NCBI GenBank assembly: GCA_024405635.1
Contig: JAKSOL010000025.1
Coordinates: 1 to 42,975 of the forward strand
DNA from: Salinivirgaceae bacterium
Lineage (GTDB): Bacteria; Bacteroidota; Bacteroidia; Bacteroidales; SZUA-534
Reading direction: 5' to 3'
DNA length: 42,975 nt
A program made the translations under genes and the position numbers. Under the pieces are notes generated by a model. The model ran no database searches, was not told where the DNA came from, and saw only the letters and a program-made list of their open reading frames with translations. This document shows, piece by piece, positions 37,280 through 42,975 of the stretch (its first letter is position 1; every line of letters starts with the position of its first letter).

Positions 37280-39451
37280 ATGAGTATTTTGTTTCCTTTA
37301 GTCATGCAAGCAGACTCGTGCGATTGTGGGCCTGCATGCTTGTCAATGATTTCTAAGTACTATGGATTATCAATAAATTACGAGCAACTAAAAAACAATT
37401 GCCATGGTTCTCGTGTAGGAGTAAGCTTATTCGCGTTAAATAACGAAGCTCAACGATTAGGGTTTAATACAGAGGCAGTGCAAGCAACTCTTCCAGAACT
37501 CTCAAAAAATGGAAACTTCCCTTGTATTGCGTTTTGGAATCAGGAGCATTTTATTGTAATAAGAAAGATAACTAAAAATAAAGTATTAGTAGCAGACCCA
37601 GGAAAAGGTTTTATTACGTATTCGCATGAAGATTTTTCTATAGGATGGTGTAATAACGATGAAGGAGAGGGCATTGCTCTTTTCCTTGAAAAAACTTCGC
37701 AAGTTCAAAGATTTTCTAAACAGCATTCTGTTTCATACGTAGAACAGATAATAAAGTATGTCAGTAAATACAAACACGATTTTGCCAAAATGGCGATGCT
37801 TTTGCTTTTTACTAATTGTGTTCAATTGGCATTTCCGTATATCACACAATATATTGTAGATAAAGGAATTAACTCAAAAGATATTAATTTTATTGTAATT
37901 CTACTATCAGCACAAGCTCTATTGATAATTAGTCAAGCTATTGCTGACTTTTTTCGTTATTGGACATCGTTAAAAATTAATGCAAAAATCAATATATCAA
38001 TGATTTCTGAGTTTATTGATAAGTTGCTCCATTTGCCAATGACATTTTTTGAAACTAAAACAACTGCCGATATACTTCAAAGAGTGTTTGACTTTGAAAG
38101 AATAGATTCTTTTATAAACACTCATGCGCTATCACTAATTTTCTCATGCTCTACGCTAATAATGTTTAGTGGTGTTCTCTTTTGTTATTCAGGTAAAATC
38201 TTACTGATATTTTTATTTGGAAGTTGCATATACTTCGGTTGGATTATTCTATTCCTAAACCGCAGAAAAGTATTAGACAACTGCATATTTGAGCAGCAAG
38301 CTAAGACTGAACTGGATATGATTGAAATAGCCGAAGGAGCTTCTGAAATACGTACAAATAATGGGCAGAAGTATTTTAGAAATAAGTGGGAAAAAGCACA
38401 AAACAAAATATTTGAATTAAAATTCAAGCAATTGGCATTGGAACAAAAAAGCGATATAGGCTCAACAGTGATAATTGAAGGCATGAATCTTTTCATTACA
38501 TTCATAACTGCATCAATGGTTATAAGTGAAACATTGACTTTTGGGGCAATGCTTGCCATTCAATTTGTAATAGGGCAGTTAAATAGTCCTCTTCATCAAA
38601 TGATAAACTTTATTAATAGTCTTCAAGATGCAAAAATTAGTTTTGAAAGAATAGATTCCATAACTAATCAAGATGATGAAAATTATAATGAGGTAATTAA
38701 AACAGATAAATCTATAGCAAAAGGAATTACATTAAGGAATGTGTCATTTGCATACGATTCAGCGCCAGATGATATTATTTTGAATAATATTTCAATTCAC
38801 ATACCGCAAAATAAAACTACTGCTATTGTTGGAGCTAGTGGTAGTGGAAAGTCAACTCTTTTGAAACTCATACTCCAATACTATAAACCCAATGAGGGCG
38901 AAATACTAATAAATAATGAGCAACTTAATGGTTTTAGCATAGAAAATTTTCGGAACAATTGTGGTTGTGTTATGCAAGATGGCTACATATTTACTGATAC
39001 TATAACTCGCAACATTGTACCTAATAATGAACCAGTAGATTTTGATAGACTTATAAAGTCTGTACAAACTGCATGTATTTTTGATTTTATTGATTCGCTA
39101 CCTTTAAAATTTGGAACAAAGATTGGACAAGGAGGCATATCACTAAGCAAGGGGCAAAAACAACGAATACTAATAGCAAGGGCTATTTACCGAGATGTTA
39201 AATATCTTTTCTTTGATGAGGCAACTAATTCGTTAGATGCAATTAATGAAAAGCACATAAGTACACAATTGGCAAAAATATTTGACAATAAAACTGTGAT
39301 AATTATAGCTCATAGACTTAGTACAATAAAAGAAGCAGACCAAATTATTGTATTAAATAAAGGAAGAGTTGAAGAAACAGGTTCACATCAAACTCTTCTT
39401 GACGCGAAAGGTTATTATTACAAATTAATTCAAAACCAAATTGACTCATAA
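37280..39451 (+). CDS. Peptidase C39 domain-containing ABC transporter (PCAT)
   Basis: QADSCDCGPACL (Cys), WNQEHF (His), VADP (Asp); TMD; GASGSGKST, LSKGQKQR, FFDEATN, AHRLST. Confidence 0.95.
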   Translation: MSILFPLVMQADSCDCGPACLSMISKYYGLSINYEQLKNNCHGSRVGVSLFALNNEAQRLGFNTEAVQATLPELSKNGNFPCIAFWNQEHFIVIRKITKNKVLVADPGKGFITYSHEDFSIGWCNNDEGEGIALFLEKTSQVQRFSKQHSVSYVEQIIKYVSKYKHDFAKMAMLLLFTNCVQLAFPYITQYIVDKGINSKDINFIVILLSAQALLIISQAIADFFRYWTSLKINAKINISMISEFIDKLLHLPMTFFETKTTADILQRVFDFERIDSFINTHALSLIFSCSTLIMFSGVLFCYSGKILLIFLFGSCIYFGWIILFLNRRKVLDNCIFEQQAKTELDMIEIAEGASEIRTNNGQKYFRNKWEKAQNKIFELKFKQLALEQKSDIGSTVIIEGMNLFITFITASMVISETLTFGAMLAIQFVIGQLNSPLHQMINFINSLQDAKISFERIDSITNQDDENYNEVIKTDKSIAKGITLRNVSFAYDSAPDDIILNNISIHIPQNKTTAIVGASGSGKSTLLKLILQYYKPNEGEILINNEQLNGFSIENFRNNCGCVMQDGYIFTDTITRNIVPNNEPVDFDRLIKSVQTACIFDFIDSLPLKFGTKIGQGGISLSKGQKQRILIARAIYRDVKYLFFDEATNSLDAINEKHISTQLAKIFDNKTVIIIAHRLSTIKEADQIIVLNKGRVEETGSHQTLLDAKGYYYKLIQNQIDS

Positions 39452-39536
39452 GTCAATAATAAATCGTTGTACGGCATAAGTGTTAGTAGAATAATTTTAA
39501 GAATCATATAGCGGAAACTAAAGCATTTATCATATT

Positions 39537-39554
39537 AACATTTTGTTGGGCAAT
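39537..39554 (+). repeat. Direct repeat, right copy
   Basis: AACATTTTGTTGGGCAAT. Confidence 0.75.
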
Positions 39555-39847
39555 AATTAGTATTCTCAACTACCAAATTTCTTCCCATACATCTCTATTT
39601 CATGGCTGGCGAGTGCTGGCAATATCAACAAAGTTGAGGTTAATTCATGCTTATATGTCAGAAGTTGTTAGTTTGCTCAAAACAAAGACATAAATTTTAG
39701 ATAATTGTGGAGACATGCTACTCTAAGTTACCCGTAAGTTAAATTGTCTCATTAAGGGGAAAATATCAACCAAAAAAATTTCTACTTTCGCCCGTGGCTG
39801 AACAATTCGGCATAAAATCAAAACATACAAATCATTTTTCTCTGCAA

Positions 39848-41395
39848 ATGGCCGACTCGCTTGTAAAAACCTATGGCTCTGCCGTTTTTGGCATCGATGC
39901 AACAACAATAACAATAGAGGTTAACATATCGCAAGGCACAACATTTTATTTGGTTGGTTTGCCCGACAACGCTGTAAAAGAAAGTCAGCAGCGCATTACC
40001 GCGGCTTTGCGAAACAACGGTTTTCAATATCCGTTTAAAAAAATGATTATAAACATGGCCCCAGCCGATATTCGAAAAGAAGGCTCGGCTTACGACTTGC
40101 CATTGGCAATGGGCATTTTGGCTGCATCAAACCAAATTTCGGCCGATATTATCGACGATTATGTGATAATGGGCGAGTTGTCGCTCGATGGCTCGTTGCT
40201 GCCAATAAAAGGTGCGTTGCCCATTGCAATAAAAGCTCGCGAAGAAGGTTTTAAAGGCTTTATTCTTCCTAAACAAAATGCGCGTGAGGCTGCTGTGGTT
40301 AATAATCTTGATGTTTACGGAATGGAAAATATTCGCGAGGTAGCCAATTTTTTGAATGGTCAGAGCGATGCTAAACCAATGAATGTTGATACTCGCGCCG
40401 AGTTTGCGCAAAGTGTGGGTAAGTTCGATTGCGATTTTGCCGATGTGCGCGGACAAGAAAACGTGAAACGTGCTATGGAAATTGCAGCTGCTGGTGGACA
40501 CAATATTATTATGATTGGACCTCCGGGTGCTGGCAAGACAATGTTAGCCAAGCGTTTGCCTTCCATTTTGCCGCCATTTACCTTGCACGAGGCATTAGAA
40601 ACAACCAAAATACATTCCGTTGCAGGCAAAATTGATAAGGAAACCAGTTTAATGACCACTCGTCCGTTTCGCTCGCCACACCATACTATTTCCGATGTGG
40701 CATTAGTTGGAGGTGGCACTTTCCCTCAACCTGGCGAAATATCGTTGGCGCACAATGGCGTCCTTTTTCTTGATGAACTTCCAGAATTTCAACGTACAGT
40801 GCTTGAGGTGATGCGTCAGCCATTAGAGGACCGTGTAATAACCATTTCGCGTGCAAAATTTACAGTTGAATATCCCGCAAGTTTTATGCTTGTTGCCAGC
40901 ATGAACCCTTGTCCTTGCGGTTATTACAACCACCCCGACCGCCGTTGCGTGTGCAACCCAGGTATGCGCCAAAAATATATGAACCGCATTTCGGGACCGT
41001 TATTGGACCGAATCGACATTCATGTTGAGGTTACTCCGGTGCCATTTGAAAAGTTGAGTGGAAAAGAGTCGCTTGAGAGTAGCGCCACAATTCGTGAGCG
41101 AGTAACAAAAGCTCGAGCCATTCAGCAACAACGCTTTGCCGATCTTGAAGGTGTGCATTGCAATGCCCAAATGAGCACCCGTTTAATACGCAAATACTGT
41201 GTGCTTGATGCCGAATGTCAGCAAATGATTAAAAATGCAATGGAGCGTGTTGGGCTATCGGCTCGCGCCTATGACCGAATACTAAAAGTGTCGCGTACTA
41301 TTGCCGACCTTGATGGTAGCGAAAACATAACTCGCGTGCATCTTGCCGAAGCTATTCAGTATCGTAGTCTCGATCGCAATAATTGGGGCGAATAA
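39848..41395 (+). CDS. comM: YifB/ComM Mg-chelatase-like AAA+ ATPase
   Basis: VGLPDNAVKES, NMAPADIRKEG, GPPGAGKT, RPFRSPHH, GEISLAHNGVLFLDE, NPCPCG, SGPLLDRID. Confidence 0.95.
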   Translation: MADSLVKTYGSAVFGIDATTITIEVNISQGTTFYLVGLPDNAVKESQQRITAALRNNGFQYPFKKMIINMAPADIRKEGSAYDLPLAMGILAASNQISADIIDDYVIMGELSLDGSLLPIKGALPIAIKAREEGFKGFILPKQNAREAAVVNNLDVYGMENIREVANFLNGQSDAKPMNVDTRAEFAQSVGKFDCDFADVRGQENVKRAMEIAAAGGHNIIMIGPPGAGKTMLAKRLPSILPPFTLHEALETTKIHSVAGKIDKETSLMTTRPFRSPHHTISDVALVGGGTFPQPGEISLAHNGVLFLDELPEFQRTVLEVMRQPLEDRVITISRAKFTVEYPASFMLVASMNPCPCGYYNHPDRRCVCNPGMRQKYMNRISGPLLDRIDIHVEVTPVPFEKLSGKESLESSATIRERVTKARAIQQQRFADLEGVHCNAQMSTRLIRKYCVLDAECQQMIKNAMERVGLSARAYDRILKVSRTIADLDGSENITRVHLAEAIQYRSLDRNNWGE

Positions 41396-41417
41396 TTTAA
41401 CTGCAACACTTACACTT

Positions 41418-42074
41418 ATGATACAAGCTGCAATTTTTGACATGGACGGTACTCTGATTGACTCGGAACCATTTTGGCGCGAGGCCGAAAAAATTGTTTT
41501 TGCCAAATTGGGCATCAATCTAACCGAAGAACAGTGCCGTTCAACAACTGGTTTGCGCATCGATTTGCTAGTTGAACATTGGGACCGTATTTATCCTAAT
41601 CATGTTACAAATATTACTCAAACAGCCAACGATATTACCAATGAGGTTATTCGATTGGTGCGCCTTAACGGAAAACCTATGGCTGGAGTGGAGCAAACCA
41701 TTGCACTATTTAAAAACCTTGGATTTAAAATTGCAGTGGCATCGGCATCGCCAGTAAATTTGATTGATGCTGTGGTTGAAAAACTTGGCATTGGAGGACA
41801 ATTTAGTGTACTAGTGTCGGGCCAACATGCGCAGTATGGCAAACCTCATCCCGAAATTTATTTAACCGCAGCAGCGCGTTTGGGCGTTAGTGCCACCGAC
41901 TGCATAGCTATTGAGGATTCGCTTAACGGAATAATTTCGGCCAAAGCAGCCCGTATGCGTGTAATTGCTGTTCCCGATGCCGAAAATTTTAACCGTCGCG
42001 AGTTTGGTGTTGCCGACGTTAAATTGCAGTCGCTTGAGCAGGTTACACAATGTTTGGTTGATCAGTTGCGTTAA
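41418..42074 (+). CDS. hxpB: HAD-superfamily sugar phosphatase (HxpB/YniC-like)
   Basis: IFDMDGTLIDSEPFW, ASAS, GKPHPEIY, EDSLNG..AKAARM. Confidence 0.8.
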   Translation: MIQAAIFDMDGTLIDSEPFWREAEKIVFAKLGINLTEEQCRSTTGLRIDLLVEHWDRIYPNHVTNITQTANDITNEVIRLVRLNGKPMAGVEQTIALFKNLGFKIAVASASPVNLIDAVVEKLGIGGQFSVLVSGQHAQYGKPHPEIYLTAAARLGVSATDCIAIEDSLNGIISAKAARMRVIAVPDAENFNRREFGVADVKLQSLEQVTQCLVDQLR

Positions 42075-42103
42075 TTACGCCAAAAGTATCGACCTTAAAA
42101 GAA

Positions 42104-42802
42104 ATGAGAATACCTTTTCGTTTATTATTCCGCATTTCGGTTTGGATTATTGCATTAGCTATGCTTGTGCCAGTGGCTCAGGTTGTTAGGTACAAGTATG
42201 CAACGGTACGAATAACCCCACTTATTGCAATACGTGCTGCACAGTCAGTTGCTAACGGCCAATCTGTGGTGTATGCAAAGCAATGGGTGCCCATTTCTGA
42301 AATATCGCCAAATGCTATTCGGGCTGTCATTACTTCAGAAGATAATTTGTTTGTTAAACATCATGGATTTGATTTTGAGGCAATAAAAACAGCAAAAGAG
42401 ATTACCCAACGAACTCACCGTTTGCATGGTGGCAGCACTATAAGTCAGCAATGTGCCAAAAATGTTTTTCTGCCGCACGTTAAATCGTATGTGCGCAAAG
42501 TGGTTGAGGCCTATTACACAGTGCTTATTGAGCTTATTTGGGGCAAGCAACGCATAATGGAAGTTTATCTTAATGTGATTGAAATGGGCGATGGTGTGTA
42601 TGGCATTGAGGCTGCTGCACAAAAATATTTTCATTGCCACGCATCGCAACTTACGGCCGAACAGAGTGCGCTTATAGCAGCTTGTTTGCCAAATCCGCGC
42701 AAGTATAAAGTTGATGCACCATCAGATTATGTGCGAAAACGCCAAAAAACAATTTTGGAGTTGATGCCTAAAATGAAACGGTTTGATTTAGTGGTGCAGT
42801 AA
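42104..42802 (+). CDS. mtgA: Monofunctional biosynthetic peptidoglycan transglycosylase (GT51)
   Basis: SEDNLF..HHGFD, GGSTISQQCAKN, RKVVE, KQRIMEVYLN, LPNP. Confidence 0.93.
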   Translation: MRIPFRLLFRISVWIIALAMLVPVAQVVRYKYATVRITPLIAIRAAQSVANGQSVVYAKQWVPISEISPNAIRAVITSEDNLFVKHHGFDFEAIKTAKEITQRTHRLHGGSTISQQCAKNVFLPHVKSYVRKVVEAYYTVLIELIWGKQRIMEVYLNVIEMGDGVYGIEAAAQKYFHCHASQLTAEQSALIAACLPNPRKYKVDAPSDYVRKRQKTILELMPKMKRFDLVVQ

Positions 42803-42866
42803 GTGGCGATAAACTAGCGGTTAGTTGGTTTGTTCATTGCCAAAACACACACGCCAACATAAAACG

Positions 42867-42902
42867 AAAAAGGCAACCATCTGTTTCCAAATGATTGCCT
42901 TT
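42867..42902 (-). terminator. Terminator hairpin downstream of tRNA-Phe (convergent with mtgA)
   Basis: AAAGGCAACCAT / ATGATTGCCTTT with an A-run on the left. Confidence 0.65.
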
Positions 42903-42903
42903 G

Positions 42904-42975
42904 TGGTGCCACCGGGAATCGAACCAGGGACACAAGGATTTTCAGTCCTTTGCTCTACCAACTGAGCTATGGCAC
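42904..42975 (-). tRNA. trnF: tRNA-Phe(GAA); first base cut off by the window end, CCA not encoded
   Basis: Reverse complement GTGCCATAGCTCAGTTGGTAGAGCAAAGGACTGAAAATCCTTGTGTCCCTGGTTCGATTCCCGGTGGCACCA. Confidence 0.97.

Larger units (their letters stand above)
34337..39554. mobile_element. Putative horizontally acquired peptide-export islet (no integrase seen)
   Basis: Flanking direct repeats; visibly more AT-rich than neighbouring genes; self-contained gene set. Confidence 0.45.

Noticed and set aside
39848-41395. comM interrupted by a mobile element
   Set aside because: The reading frame is complete with all motifs; the islet lies upstream.
42904-42975. tRNA as an integration site
   Set aside because: I saw no duplicated tRNA 3' end or integrase in the window.
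1-42975. CRISPR array, IS elements, rRNA, and the many short antisense or nested ORFs in the track
   Set aside because: No periodic repeats or transposase motifs were seen; the nested ORFs are shadows of well-supported genes and carry no recognisable motifs.

Overview
A chromosomal window from an AT-rich Bacteroidota genome, probably Bacteroidales or Marinilabiliales-like (TAnnTTTG promoters, typical gene families). In order, it holds an HExGH protein fragment plus a lipoprotein, a membrane class III cyclase-HD fusion with a USP gene, metY, a GH43, Mrp/ApbC and an OM barrel/lipoprotein pair. Next come a partial aryl-polyene/flexirubin-type FAS/PKS operon (10.8-19.1 kb) ending in an 8-blade propeller gene, an LPS glycosyltransferase block, and a TerB-like/ABCG-type transporter divergent from two Cache-HAMP-GAF-PAS receptors with no obvious output domain. 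The window ends with comM, a HAD phosphatase, mtgA and tRNA-Phe. The most notable element is an AT-rich ~5.2 kb module (34.3-39.6 kb) bounded by an 18-bp near-perfect direct repeat. It encodes two tiny double-glycine-leader peptides (one absent from the ORF track, the other only with a wrong upstream start), a plugged outer-membrane beta-barrel and a C39 peptidase ABC transporter, but no modifying enzyme, HlyD, TolC or immunity gene. All family assignments come from reading motifs by eye; no searches were run.
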